Part shown: piece by piece, positions 46,983-56,257 of the stretch
How positions within the stretch are numbered: the stretch's first letter is position 1
Layout of the letters: each line of letters begins with the position of its first letter
Origin: an uncultured Actinomycetes bacterium
Lineage (GTDB): Bacteria > Actinomycetota > Actinomycetes > Jiangellales > Jiangellaceae
Assembly (NCBI GenBank): GCA_964400785.1
Contig: CAYNWB010000004.1
Coordinates: forward strand, 677 to 64,676
DNA: 64,000 nucleotides
Reading direction: 5' to 3'
Made by a program: the position numbers and the translations under genes
Notes under the pieces: generated by a model
Seen by the model: the letters and a program-made list of their open reading frames with translations, nothing else
What the model was told of the DNA's origin: nothing
Database searches by the model: none

Positions 46983-47312
46983 GTGTTCGACATCGGCGTG
47001 GGCGAGATCGTCGTCATCGCCGTCGTCGGGCTGCTCGTCTTCGGCCCCGACCGGCTTCCGGAGATGGCGAAGCAGGCTGGTGGCTGGGTGCGTGACCTGC
47101 GTCGGATGGTGGCCTCGGCCCGCAGCGAGATGTCGAGCTCGCTCGGAGTGGACGCCCGCTACCTGGCCGACCCGAAGGGGTCGCTCACGAAGAGCCTGCT
47201 GGGGGAGGACATGCCTGACATCCCCACCAAGCGTGAGGGAGTGACCAAGGCGTTGGGGCTGGACGACGTCGTCAAGGCTGCCGACATCGACATCGACCCC
47301 GACGTCACCTGA
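46983..47312 (+). CDS. tatB: Sec-independent protein translocase subunit TatB
   Basis: MFDIGVGEIVVIAVVGLLVFGPDRLPEMAKQAG is the canonical TatA/B N-terminus. Its position after htrA matches tatB. Confidence 0.85.
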   Translation: MFDIGVGEIVVIAVVGLLVFGPDRLPEMAKQAGGWVRDLRRMVASARSEMSSSLGVDARYLADPKGSLTKSLLGEDMPDIPTKREGVTKALGLDDVVKAADIDIDPDVT

Positions 47313-47316
47313 GGCG

Positions 47317-48477
47317 TCAGCGACCTGCCGGGGACAGCCCCAGCGACATGCCGGCCAGCCCGCGCTCGCGGCGGCCGAGCCGGGTGGCCACCTCGCGGAT
47401 GGTGAGGGCCGCCGGGGTGTCCGGGCGGCTCAGCACGAAGGGGACCCCGGCGTCGGCGTCCTCGCGCAGCCCCGGGTCGACCGGCACCGAGCCGAGGAGC
47501 GGGACGTTCGTGCCGGTCGCGCGCCCCAGCGCCTCCGCGACACTCGCGCCACCCCCGGAGCCGAAGATGTCGAGCTGCTCGCCACAGTGTGGACACGCCA
47601 GCCAGGCCATGTTCTCGATGACCCCGAAGACCCGCTGACGTGTCTGCACCCCGATGCTGCCGGCTCGCTCGGCCACCTCCGCGGCAGCCAGCTGCGGGGT
47701 CGTCACCACGACGATCTCTGCATTGGGAAGAAGCTGCCCGAGCGAGATCGCGATGTCGCCGGTGCCCGGCGGCAGGTCGAGCAGCAAGACGTCGAGGTCA
47801 CCCCAGTAGACGTCGGTGAGGAACTGCTCGAGGGCCCGGTGCAGCATCGGCCCGCGCCACGCCACCGGCGCGCTGCGCTCCGGCTTGAACATCTCGGTCG
47901 AGATGAGCCGCACGCCGTGAGCGGGCACGGGAAGGATCATCTGGTCGAGCACCGTCGGCCTGATGCCGCCGACACCCATCATGCGAGGAGTCGAGTGTCC
48001 GTAGATGTCGGCGTCGAGCACGCCGACGGAGAGTCCGTCGTCGGCCATCGCAGCAGCGAGGTTGACGGTCAGGGACGACTTGCCGACGCCACCCTTGCCG
48101 GAGGCCACCGCGTACACCCGGGTCAGTGAGCCGGGCTTGGCGAAGGGGATGTCCTTGGCCGGTCCGCGCAGCTTCTCCCGCAGAGCGGTGCGCTGCTCGT
48201 CGCTCATCACGTCCAGCACGACCTCGACGCCGCTGACGCCGGGCACGGCACCCGCCGCGGCAGAGACGTCGCGCACGATCGTGTCACGCAGCGGGCACCC
48301 CGACACTGTCAGCAGCACCGTCACCCGGGCGTGACCCCGCTCGGAGACGACGACGTCGGCCACCATGCCGAGCTCGGTGATCGGTCGGTGGATCTCCGGG
48401 TCGTTGACTGTGGCGAGCGCGGAGCGGATCTGCTGCTCCACACCCGGTGCGGACGGGTCGTGGCTGGAGGTGGTCAC
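47317..48477 (-). CDS. mrp: Mrp/NBP35 (ApbC) iron-sulfur cluster carrier ATPase
   Basis: N-terminal DUF59-like VNDPEIHRPITELGMV, deviant Walker A VASGKGGVGKSS, and ACPHCG (CxxC). Confidence 0.9.
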   Translation of the reverse strand: MTTSSHDPSAPGVEQQIRSALATVNDPEIHRPITELGMVADVVVSERGHARVTVLLTVSGCPLRDTIVRDVSAAAGAVPGVSGVEVVLDVMSDEQRTALREKLRGPAKDIPFAKPGSLTRVYAVASGKGGVGKSSLTVNLAAAMADDGLSVGVLDADIYGHSTPRMMGVGGIRPTVLDQMILPVPAHGVRLISTEMFKPERSAPVAWRGPMLHRALEQFLTDVYWGDLDVLLLDLPPGTGDIAISLGQLLPNAEIVVVTTPQLAAAEVAERAGSIGVQTRQRVFGVIENMAWLACPHCGEQLDIFGSGGGASVAEALGRATGTNVPLLGSVPVDPGLREDADAGVPFVLSRPDTPAALTIREVATRLGRRERGLAGMSLGLSPAGR

Positions 48478-48503
48478 GCCCCGATGCTACGTACCGTCCC
48501 GGG

Positions 48504-49292
48504 TCACTGCGCGCCGCGATGGCCCGTGTGCAGGGCCTCGAGCACCCGGCGACGCAGCACGGCGAACGGCTCCGAGCCCACCAGAGCGGCCCGGCGGGGT
48601 CTCGGCAGCGGGACGTCCACGTCCGCGACCACACGCGCCGGCCGGTCTGACAGCACGACCACGCGGTCGGAGAGCAGGATCGCCTCGTCCACGTCGTGCG
48701 TCACCAGCAGGACGGCGCGCCGGTCGGCCTCCCACACCTCCTCCAGCCACACCTGCAGGTCGCGCCTCGTGATGGCGTCGAGAGCCCCCAGGGGCTCGTC
48801 GAGCAGGATCACGGCTCGGGGGACGAGGAACGCTCGCAGCAGCGCGAGGCGCTGCCTCATGCCGCCGGAGAGCTGGCCGGGCCACGCGTCCTCGTACCCT
48901 GTGAGTCCGAACCGACCCCACAGCGCCCGCGCCCGATCTCGGGCCTCGTCGTCGGGCACTCCAGCGACGCGTGCTCCGAGCAGGGCGTTGTCGAGGCATC
49001 GCTTCCAGGGCAGCAGGGTGTCGCGCTGGGGCTGCATGGTGGCTGCCCCGGGCCGACCGACGACGTCAGCGCCGCCCACGGTCGCCGTCCCGGCGTCGGG
49101 CACGAGCAGCCCTGCGAGCACACGCAGCACCGTGCTCTTGCCGCACCCGCTCGGCCCGAGCAGGCTCACGAACTGCCCGGGGGCAGCCTGCAGCGTCACG
49201 CCGTCCAGCACGACCGTCGCGTCGGGGCCCGTGCCGGCCCCGAAGGCATGGCGCAGCCCGCTGACCTGCCACGCAGCAGCGCCCGCGCTCAC
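48504..49292 (-). CDS. ABC transporter ATP-binding protein, NitT/TauT family (ThiZ-like)
   Basis: GTG 49292 overlaps the upstream stop (GTGA). [26 protein letters not shown] and ILLDEPLGALD motifs. Confidence 0.88.
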   Translation of the reverse strand: MSAGAAAWQVSGLRHAFGAGTGPDATVVLDGVTLQAAPGQFVSLLGPSGCGKSTVLRVLAGLLVPDAGTATVGGADVVGRPGAATMQPQRDTLLPWKRCLDNALLGARVAGVPDDEARDRARALWGRFGLTGYEDAWPGQLSGGMRQRLALLRAFLVPRAVILLDEPLGALDAITRRDLQVWLEEVWEADRRAVLLVTHDVDEAILLSDRVVVLSDRPARVVADVDVPLPRPRRAALVGSEPFAVLRRRVLEALHTGHRGAQ

Positions 49293-50332
49293 GGGGCCAG
49301 GTGCTCGTTGGTGAAGGCCGCCGCGCCGTCCACGGGCTGCGAGACGATGCCCGTGGTGGTGAGAAAGTCGGCGAAGCCCGTCCAGGTCGCGTCGTCCTGC
49401 TGGCCCCAGACGCCGGACTCACCCACGAACAGCGGGGCGTAGTAGCGCACCGACCGCTCGACGAGCGTCGGCTCGAGCTCGGGCACCTGCTGCAGCAACA
49501 GGCTCGCCGCCCTGTCCGGGTCGTCGACCGCCAGGGTGTACCCACGTGCCGTGACCTCCAGGAACGCCTCGACCAGGGACGGGTCGTCGGCCAGCGTCGA
49601 CTCCGCGGCCAGGAACAGCGGCGTGTACCAGTTCGGGATGCACTCGTCCCAGTCGGCGAAGCGGATCTCGTTGACGGCAACGCCCTGCACCTCGTCGGCG
49701 CGCAGCGCGTCCCATCCCGAGAACACCCAGGCGGTGTCGAACTGGTCGGCGCTCATGCCGGCCAGGTAGTCGATGTTGCCCAGCGTCACGAACTCGACGG
49801 ACGACGGGTCGGCGCCGTCGCAGCGCATGAGGGCGGAGATGATCTCGACCTCCAGCGCCCCGCCGAAGCCGCCGTAGCGGGTGCCCGTGAGGTCACGGGG
49901 GGCGGTGATGCCGTCCTCGGCCAGGCTGAACAGCGACGAGTCGTTGACCGGCAGCACGGTGGCGATCGACCGCACCGGCACACCGGCGGCTCGCGCGGGC
50001 AGCAGCGACTCGGCCTGGGCCATGCCCACGTCCACCGCGCCCGAGGCGACGGCCTGCTCGACCCCGGTGGAGGCGGGTTCGATGATGGTCAGGTCGATGC
50101 CGGCCTGCTCGTACCAGCCCTCGGCCTGGGCCGCGTACACGCCGACGTGGTGGGCGTTCGGCGTCCAGTTCAGCATCAGGGTCATGGGTCGCAGCGGCGG
50201 CGCCACCGAGGACTCGGGCTGCGAGGCGCCGGCACCTTCTGTGGCGCCGTCCCCGCCGCAGGCGCCCACCAGCACGGCAGCCGCGGCGCACGCGAGCATC
50301 AGTGCACGTCGGGGGATCGGGGTGGGGCGCAT
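49289..50332 (-). CDS. NMT1/THI5-like ABC substrate-binding lipoprotein (ThiY-like; HMP/thiamine precursor)
   Basis: ATG 50332. Lipobox VLVGACGGDG. LMLNWTPNAHHVGVYAAQAEGWYEQAGIDL is the NMT1/THI5-type pattern. Confidence 0.82.
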   Translation of the reverse strand: MRPTPIPRRALMLACAAAAVLVGACGGDGATEGAGASQPESSVAPPLRPMTLMLNWTPNAHHVGVYAAQAEGWYEQAGIDLTIIEPASTGVEQAVASGAVDVGMAQAESLLPARAAGVPVRSIATVLPVNDSSLFSLAEDGITAPRDLTGTRYGGFGGALEVEIISALMRCDGADPSSVEFVTLGNIDYLAGMSADQFDTAWVFSGWDALRADEVQGVAVNEIRFADWDECIPNWYTPLFLAAESTLADDPSLVEAFLEVTARGYTLAVDDPDRAASLLLQQVPELEPTLVERSVRYYAPLFVGESGVWGQQDDATWTGFADFLTTTGIVSQPVDGAAAFTNEHLAP

Positions 50333-50379
50333 GTCAGGGTCTCCTGTCGTCTGTGGGCCCGAGGGCGCGGTCTTGCTGC

Positions 50380-51168
50380 TCACCAGGGGGCGCGGGTCGA
50401 GTCGGCACGCCGCCGCTCCCGCTCGGCGACCTGCCAGGGCACGGCGGCCCGCTCGAGTGCGAACACCAGGCCCACGAGAGCCACACTCAGCGCGGCGATC
50501 ACCAGCACGGCGGCGAACATCTGATCGGTGGCGAACGACGCGCGTGAGCGCTCGAGGTAGAGGCCGAGGCCCGATGATGCCCCGATCCACTCCCCGACGA
50601 CTGCCGCGAACATCGCGTACGACGCCGCCACCTTCAACCCCGTGAACAGGCTGGGCAGGGCGCCCGGCAGCAAGACGTGACGTGCGACGTCGCGCCGCGA
50701 GCCGCCCATCGCCCGCACGAGGTCGACCTGGTCGCGGTCGCTCGACGACAACCCTCCGACGGCGGCGACCGCGACGGGGAAGAACGAGACGAGGGCGACC
50801 ACGAGCACGCGGGGCAACGGCCCGAACCCGAACCAGACCACGAACAGGGGGGCGAGAACCACCATCGGGATGCTCTGGGAGACGACGAGCAGGGGGTACA
50901 GCGCCGCGCGGACGGCCGTCGAGGCCGTCATCGCGACGGCCAGGGCGACTCCCAGCGTGGCGCCGATCGTCAGGCCGACCACAGCGGTCACCAGGGTCGA
51001 GGCGGTGTGCCCGGCGATGACGGCCGCGTTGGCGACCAGGGCGGCGGTGATGCCGGACGGCGCTGGGAGCACGTACTCCGGTGTCTGCAGCACCCGCACC
51101 GCGCTCTCCCAGACCAGCACGAGCACGGCGAGCAGCCCCACCGGCGGCACCCAGCGGGGCACGCTCAT
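50380..51168 (-). CDS. ABC transporter permease, NitT/TauT family (ThiX-like)
   Basis: ATG 51168 overlaps the upstream stop (ATGA). Six hydrophobic segments and the EAA-like loop DLVRAMGGSRRDVARHVLLP. Confidence 0.85.
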   Translation of the reverse strand: MSVPRWVPPVGLLAVLVLVWESAVRVLQTPEYVLPAPSGITAALVANAAVIAGHTASTLVTAVVGLTIGATLGVALAVAMTASTAVRAALYPLLVVSQSIPMVVLAPLFVVWFGFGPLPRVLVVALVSFFPVAVAAVGGLSSSDRDQVDLVRAMGGSRRDVARHVLLPGALPSLFTGLKVAASYAMFAAVVGEWIGASSGLGLYLERSRASFATDQMFAAVLVIAALSVALVGLVFALERAAVPWQVAERERRRADSTRAPW

Positions 51169-51452
51169 CTGAACGGGGCCACGAGGGTGTCCATCGCCGA
51201 CCCGGGCGACGTGCTGGAGTAGAGCTTGACGACCGACACGACGCTGTCCGCACCGGACGCCAGGGCAGCCTCGTGGGCCCGCCGAGCGACCGACCACGCC
51301 TCGTCGTCGCCTGCCTCGAACGTGGTGCCCAGCGCTCCCACCTCGTAGTGGCACCCGCTCGCGGCGATCACGGCGATCGCCGCATCGACGTGCGCGTAGG
51401 GGGTGGTGCCGTCCCCGACGGGGGACGGCAGGCACTGGATCTCGACGATCAT
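51165..51452 (-). CDS. YkoF/MTH1187-type thiamine-binding protein (ACT-like fold, 95 aa)
   Basis: GGGAGGAGGAG SD then ATG 51452. MIVEIQCLPSPVGDG..AHVDAAIAVIAASGCHYEVGALGTTFEA fits the MTH1187/YkoF pattern. First gene after a TPP riboswitch. Confidence 0.75.
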   Translation of the reverse strand: MIVEIQCLPSPVGDGTTPYAHVDAAIAVIAASGCHYEVGALGTTFEAGDDEAWSVARRAHEAALASGADSVVSVVKLYSSTSPGSAMDTLVAPFR

Positions 51453-51509
51453 CGCCGCTCCTCCTCCCACAGCGGTGAGGAGGGCGGTCGGCGGTGGTCC
51501 CGCCTGTCT

Positions 51510-51595
51510 CGACTTCCTGCGCCGGCATGACCCGGATCAGGTGCGAAGGGTCTGTGGTCCGCCCACACTCTCAGCGCTCGCGCGCTCCCCTGTCG
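51510..51595 (-). promoter_or_regulatory. TPP (THI-box) riboswitch aptamer
   Basis: Minus strand reads CGAC-AGGGGAGCGCGCGAGCGCUGAGAGUGUGGGCGGACCACAGACCCUUCGCACCUGAUCCGGGUCAUGCCGGCGCAGGAA-GUCG. The conserved CUGAGA, ACCUGAUC..GG.UCAUGCC.GCG.AGGAA and the P1 pairing CGAC/GUCG are all present. Confidence 0.9.
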
Positions 51596-51619
51596 GTGAG
51601 GTCAGCGTACGCCCTCGCA

Positions 51620-52147
51620 CTACGGGCGGTTCGACCCCGGCACGGCCGCGCCCTCAGAGCTGTCCTCGAGCTCCTCCACGATGTCCTCGGAGATCTCCCG
51701 TAGCTCGGTGCGGATGAAGTCGCGCGTGGCCAGCTCGCCCACGGCGAGTCGTAGCGCGGCGATCTCGCGGGCGAGAAACTCCATGTCGGCACGGGACTGG
51801 GCGGCCACCTGACGGTCCTGCTCGAACGACACACGGTCGCGGTCGTCCTGGCGGTTCTGGGCGAGAAGGATGAGTGGCGCGGCGTAGGAGGCCTGCACCG
51901 ACAGCACGAGGGTCAAGAAGATGAACGGGTAGGCGTCGAATCGCGACGTCGACGCGCTCAGTGTGTTCCAGGTCAGCCAGACGATGATGAACACCGTCAT
52001 GTAGACCAGGAACCGGCCCGTCCCGATGAAGCGGGCGATGCGCTCGGAGGCCTGGCCGAACGCCTCGGGGTCCACCTGGGGGCCGCGAGGGCCGCGTCGC
52101 GGCTCGCGGGGCAGGTCGAGGCGGTCACGCTCGGGCATACGGTCCAT
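51620..52147 (-). CDS. DUF1003 domain membrane protein
   Basis: ATG 52147 (or 52138). FGQASERIARFIGTGRFLVYMTVFIIVWLTWN..DAYPFIFLTLVLSVQASYAAPLILLAQNRQ is the DUF1003 pattern. It overlaps the upstream gene end by 23 nt. Confidence 0.8.
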   Translation of the reverse strand: MDRMPERDRLDLPREPRRGPRGPQVDPEAFGQASERIARFIGTGRFLVYMTVFIIVWLTWNTLSASTSRFDAYPFIFLTLVLSVQASYAAPLILLAQNRQDDRDRVSFEQDRQVAAQSRADMEFLAREIAALRLAVGELATRDFIRTELREISEDIVEELEDSSEGAAVPGSNRP

Positions 52148-53399
52148 CGGGGGCCTCCACTCGGTCGCGGTCCTGCCGTCGCCACTGCTGGCCGAGCAGG
52201 TGGTCCAACACGTCGTCGACCGACACCGCACCGAGCAGGTGTCCCTCGTCGTCGACGACCGGGGCGGCGACCAGGTTGTAGGTCGCCAGGTAGCGGGTCA
52301 CCTCCTGCAGCGTGGCGCCGACCCGCAGGGGCTCGGGGTCCCGGTCGGCCAGCGTCGAGACCAGGGTGGACGGCGGTTCCCGCAGCAGCCGCTGCACGTG
52401 GGCGACGCCGAGGTAGCGCCCGGTCGGAGTCTCGGTGGGGTAGCGCGAGATGAAGGCCATGGTGGCCAGCGCAGGCGTCAGGTCGGGGTTGCGCAGGTGG
52501 GCGAGCGCCTCCGCCACGGTGGCGTTCGGCGGAAGGATCACCGGCTCGTTGGTCATCAGACCGCCGGCGCTCTCGTCGTCGTAGTCCATCAGCTGCCGCA
52601 CCGACCCCGCCTCGTCCGGCTCCATCAGCGACAGCAGCTTGTCCGCGGTCTCCTCGGGCAGGTCCGAGAGCAGGTCTGCGGCGTCGTCGGGGCCCATCGC
52701 CTCGAGCACGTCCGCGGCGCGCTCGACCTCCAGCCGGGCGATCACCGTGATCTGGTCGGGCTCGTCGAGCTCTTCGAGCACGTCGGCCAGGCGCTCGTCG
52801 TCCATGGCGGCGATGACCTCCATGCGCCGCTTGTCGGGCAAGTTGGCCAGCACCTCGGCCAGGTCGGCAGCCCGCATCGTCGACAACGTGTTGAGCAGGT
52901 TGGCGGCCCCCTGCTCGCGCTCGCTCATGGCCCATCCCGTCACCTGGTCCCAGTCCAGGATCTGGGTGTCGGCTCGGCGGAACCGGCCACCGCCACGCTG
53001 CACCGCCACCTTGGCCACCCGCCAGTCGCGCGAGCGCGTCGGCTCGAGGCCGACGTCGAACACCACCGCCTCACCGTCGTCACCGGTCACCCGCACGCGC
53101 TGGTCGAGCAGGTCTTCGACGACGAGCGTCTCACCGGGGCGACGCTCGAAGCGGCGAACGTTGATCAGGCCCGTCGTGATCACCTGGCGGGCAGCGATGC
53201 TGGTCACCCGGGTCACCGGCACGAAGATGCGCCGCCTCGTCGTCACCTCGACCACGAAGCCCACCACGCGGGGGGCGCTGCGGTCCCCGTGGAACCGGAC
53301 GACGACGTCACGCACCTTGCCCACGCGGTCTCCGACGGGGTCGAAGACGTCCGTGCCCGCCAGCCGCGCGGCGAACACCAGGCCCGGGCGACTCGTCAT
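52125..53399 (-). CDS. Soluble MgtE-N / CBS-pair domain protein with PRC-barrel-like N-terminus (no transporter TM domain)
   Basis: MgtE intracellular-domain pattern LSTMRAADLAEVLANLPDKRRMEVIAAMDDERLADVLEEL, then a CBS pair (VAPVVDDEGHLLGAVSVDDVLDHL). No hydrophobic C-terminus. Confidence 0.8.
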   Translation of the reverse strand: MTSRPGLVFAARLAGTDVFDPVGDRVGKVRDVVVRFHGDRSAPRVVGFVVEVTTRRRIFVPVTRVTSIAARQVITTGLINVRRFERRPGETLVVEDLLDQRVRVTGDDGEAVVFDVGLEPTRSRDWRVAKVAVQRGGGRFRRADTQILDWDQVTGWAMSEREQGAANLLNTLSTMRAADLAEVLANLPDKRRMEVIAAMDDERLADVLEELDEPDQITVIARLEVERAADVLEAMGPDDAADLLSDLPEETADKLLSLMEPDEAGSVRQLMDYDDESAGGLMTNEPVILPPNATVAEALAHLRNPDLTPALATMAFISRYPTETPTGRYLGVAHVQRLLREPPSTLVSTLADRDPEPLRVGATLQEVTRYLATYNLVAAPVVDDEGHLLGAVSVDDVLDHLLGQQWRRQDRDRVEAPDGPYARA

Positions 53400-53488
53400 G
53401 GCCCGGAGGCTACCGGCGTCGCCCTGCGGTCAGGATTAGTCTGCAGGGCGTGCCACGTGCCGAGCTGCCGCGCCGACGGGGCGCGCGT

Positions 53489-54268
53489 ATGCGGCGGGCC
53501 CGGCTCGCAGGTCTGGTGGCCGTCACGGTTCTCGCCGCGTCGTGCGGCGGCGCGTCGCCGACGGACGACCCCGTGGCACGGCCGAGCCTGCAGGCGACCG
53601 CGGTGCCCGAGCCGGACGAGGCGGTGACCAACGGCATCGACGAGGTGTCCCCGGACGAGGCCCTGTCACAGGCGCGCGAGGCCCTGCTGGTCGCCGACAG
53701 CTTCCGGGTGGCCGGGTCCCCGACGGCCGGTGCCCCGCTCGACCTGGTACTCGTGGCGGGGGAGCGGGGCGAGGCCGACGACGGTTCCGTCGGTCGAGGG
53801 TCGGTGGGCAAGGTGAGCCAGAGCGGGTCGACCTTCGAGATGCTCGCTGTCGACGGTGCCGTGCACGTGCGCGGCAACCTGACCTGGCTCGCCGACGCGA
53901 TCGGCGAGGATGCCCAGCGCACGCTGGGAGACAAGTGGCTGCTGCTTCCCGAGTCGCTCGCCGAGTCGCTGGCCACGTTCGCCGACCCGCAGGCGTTCGT
54001 GCAGGCCGTCCTGGTTCCCGTCGGTCCCGTGCAGTCGGTCGGCGTGTCGGTCATCGACGGTGTCCCCGCCGTCGGGGTTCAGTTCGTCGACAGCGAGGCC
54101 ACCGCCTGGATCTCGGGGACGGGGGAGCCGTACCCGCTGCTCGTCGAGAGGCGCGGAGCAACGGCGACGGACGGTGTCCTGCGGTTCAGCGACATCGGTG
54201 CGCAGGTCACGATCTCGGCACCACCGGCCGCTGACATCGTCGTCGCGCCCGAGCCGTCGCAGGAGTGA
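53489..54268 (+). CDS. Putative lipoprotein (hypothetical)
   Basis: ATG 53489 gives MRRARLAGLVAVTVLAASCGG (lipobox LAAS-C). The rest has coding codon bias and no recognised family. Confidence 0.65.
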   Translation: MRRARLAGLVAVTVLAASCGGASPTDDPVARPSLQATAVPEPDEAVTNGIDEVSPDEALSQAREALLVADSFRVAGSPTAGAPLDLVLVAGERGEADDGSVGRGSVGKVSQSGSTFEMLAVDGAVHVRGNLTWLADAIGEDAQRTLGDKWLLLPESLAESLATFADPQAFVQAVLVPVGPVQSVGVSVIDGVPAVGVQFVDSEATAWISGTGEPYPLLVERRGATATDGVLRFSDIGAQVTISAPPAADIVVAPEPSQE

Positions 54269-55200
54269 GCACCCCCGCGCACCCGTCCGCACCGTTGATG
54301 CGGGCCCCGACCGGAGCCGACCTGCCGCTGCTCGCCGTCGCCGTGCTGGGCATCGGAGCCTCCGCGCCACTGATCACGGCCATCGCGGCGCCCGCCCTGG
54401 CCATCGCCTTGTGGCGCAACGTCTTCGGCACGGCGGCTCTGCTGCCCTGGGCCTGGGCGCGGGCGCGAGCCGACCTTGTCGCCGTGTGGACCGACCGGCG
54501 GCTGCGCGGGGTGGTGGCGCTGTCCGGGGTCGCCCTGGCCGTCCACTTCGCCACCTGGGTGCCCGCGGTGACGCTGACCACGGTCACGGCAGCAACCGCG
54601 CTGGGTGCGGTGCAGCCGGTGTGGAACGCGTTGCTGGCCGCCGCCGGCGGGACGCGGGTCAGCTCTCGGGTGTGGGCCGGCATCTCGTTGGCCGTGCTCG
54701 GTGCGTTGCTGCTGACCGGTCTCGACCTTGGTGGCGACCCTCGGGCGCTGCTGGGCAACGTGCTCGCACTCGTCGGCGGCATGGCCGCAGCCGTCTACGT
54801 CGCTCTGGGGGCTCGCGCCCGCGTGCAGGTGAGCACCGCTGCCTACTCGGTGTCGTGCTACGCGGTGACCGCGTCGCTGCTGCTGGTCGTATGCCTGGTC
54901 GCCGGTGTGCCGGTGGTGGGCTTCGACGGGCAGACCTGGGCGCTGCTGCTCGGCCTGACCGCGATGGCTCAGCTGCTCGGGCACACCCTGCTCAACCGCG
55001 CCGTCGGCACGGTCGGGCCGGTGGTCGTGGCGCTCGTCATCCTGCTGGAGGTACCCGCCGCGACCCTGATCGCTGCCTGGTGGCTGGGTCAGGTGCCTCC
55101 GCTGGCGGCCCTGCCGGCGGCTGCTCTCGTCCTCGCCGGGGTCGCGGTGGTCGTCACCTCGCGCACCTCGCCGGAGGTGACGCCGATACCCGATGCGTGA
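54265..55200 (+). CDS. EamA/DMT superfamily transporter
   Basis: GTG 54265 overlaps the previous stop (GTGA). Ten hydrophobic segments in two EamA-like halves. Confidence 0.78.
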   Translation: MSTPAHPSAPLMRAPTGADLPLLAVAVLGIGASAPLITAIAAPALAIALWRNVFGTAALLPWAWARARADLVAVWTDRRLRGVVALSGVALAVHFATWVPAVTLTTVTAATALGAVQPVWNALLAAAGGTRVSSRVWAGISLAVLGALLLTGLDLGGDPRALLGNVLALVGGMAAAVYVALGARARVQVSTAAYSVSCYAVTASLLLVVCLVAGVPVVGFDGQTWALLLGLTAMAQLLGHTLLNRAVGTVGPVVVALVILLEVPAATLIAAWWLGQVPPLAALPAAALVLAGVAVVVTSRTSPEVTPIPDA

Positions 55201-55258
55201 GCGATCTCACCGCACCGGCCCGACGCCGGGCGCAGCCGCCTGGCTACCCTGCGAAGCC

Positions 55259-56257
55259 ATGACTCCAGGTGTGACTCCCGCGTCCGGCTCGTCCGCTCCC
55301 ACCCGTGCGCTGCGCTCGCGCCGCTCCTGCCTCGCGGTGCCCGGCTCGAACGTCAAGATGCTCGGCAAGGCGCAGGGTCTGCCCGCCGACCAGGTCTTTC
55401 TCGACCTGGAGGACGCCGTGGCGCCCATCGCCAAGGAGGGCGCCCGCGACAACGTGGTCGCCGCGCTGAACGAGGGCGACTGGGGCGGCAAGACGCGCGT
55501 GGTGCGGGTGAACGACTGGACCACGCACTGGACGTATCGCGACGTCATCCACGTCGTCGAAGGGGCCGGTGCGAACCTCGACTGCATCATGCTGCCGAAG
55601 GTGCAGACGCCCGAGCAGGTCGTGGCGCTGGACATGCTGCTCACCCAGATCGAGACGACGAACGGTCTCGAGGTGGGCCGTATCGGCATCGAGGCCCAGA
55701 TCGAGAACGCCCTCGGCCTGGTCAACGTGGACGGCATCGCGTCGGCCTCGCCACGCGTGGAGACGATCATCTTCGGGCCCGCCGACTTCATGGCCTCGAT
55801 CAACATGAAGTCCCTGGTCGTCGGGGAGCAGCCGCCGGGGTACGACGTGGGAGACGCCTACCACTACATCCTCTCGCGCATCCTGATGGCGGCTCGCGCC
55901 TACGACAAGCAGGCCATCGACGGCCCTTACCTGCAGATTCGTGACGTCGACGGGTTCCGGCGGGTCGCCGGACGGTCGGCCGCCCTCGGCTTCGACGGCA
56001 AGTGGGTGCTGCACCCGGGGCAGATCGACGCCGCGAACGAGGTCTACAGCCCGGCCCAGGACGACTACGACCACGCCGAGCAGATCCTCGACGCCTACGC
56101 CTACTACACGTCGGAGGCCGGGGGTGCGCTGGGCGCGGTGATGCTCGGTGACGAGATGATCGACGAGGCCTCACGCAAGATGGCCACCGTCATCGCCGCC
56201 AAGGGTCGCGCCGCGGGCATGACCCGCACGACCCAGTTCACCCCACCGGCGGGGTGA
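55259..56257 (+). CDS. HpcH/HpaI-CitE family acyl-CoA lyase, closest by eye to L-malyl-CoA/beta-methylmalyl-CoA lyase
   Basis: VFLDLEDAVAP, RVVRVN..W.YRDV, IMLPKVQTPEQV, IEAQIENA, FGPADFMAS and GKWVLHPGQIDAANEVY motifs align along the whole length with Mcl-type lyases as I remember them. Confidence 0.75.
   Translation: MTPGVTPASGSSAPTRALRSRRSCLAVPGSNVKMLGKAQGLPADQVFLDLEDAVAPIAKEGARDNVVAALNEGDWGGKTRVVRVNDWTTHWTYRDVIHVVEGAGANLDCIMLPKVQTPEQVVALDMLLTQIETTNGLEVGRIGIEAQIENALGLVNVDGIASASPRVETIIFGPADFMASINMKSLVVGEQPPGYDVGDAYHYILSRILMAARAYDKQAIDGPYLQIRDVDGFRRVAGRSAALGFDGKWVLHPGQIDAANEVYSPAQDDYDHAEQILDAYAYYTSEAGGALGAVMLGDEMIDEASRKMATVIAAKGRAAGMTRTTQFTPPAG

Noticed and set aside
51596-51640. Promoter for the TPP-riboswitch operon (TACGCT as the -10 box just upstream of the aptamer, TCGAAC as the -35 box)
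   Set aside because: The -35 match is poor (3/6), the spacing is 19 nt, and the site overlaps the end of the DUF1003 gene. It is plausible but not supportable from sequence alone.
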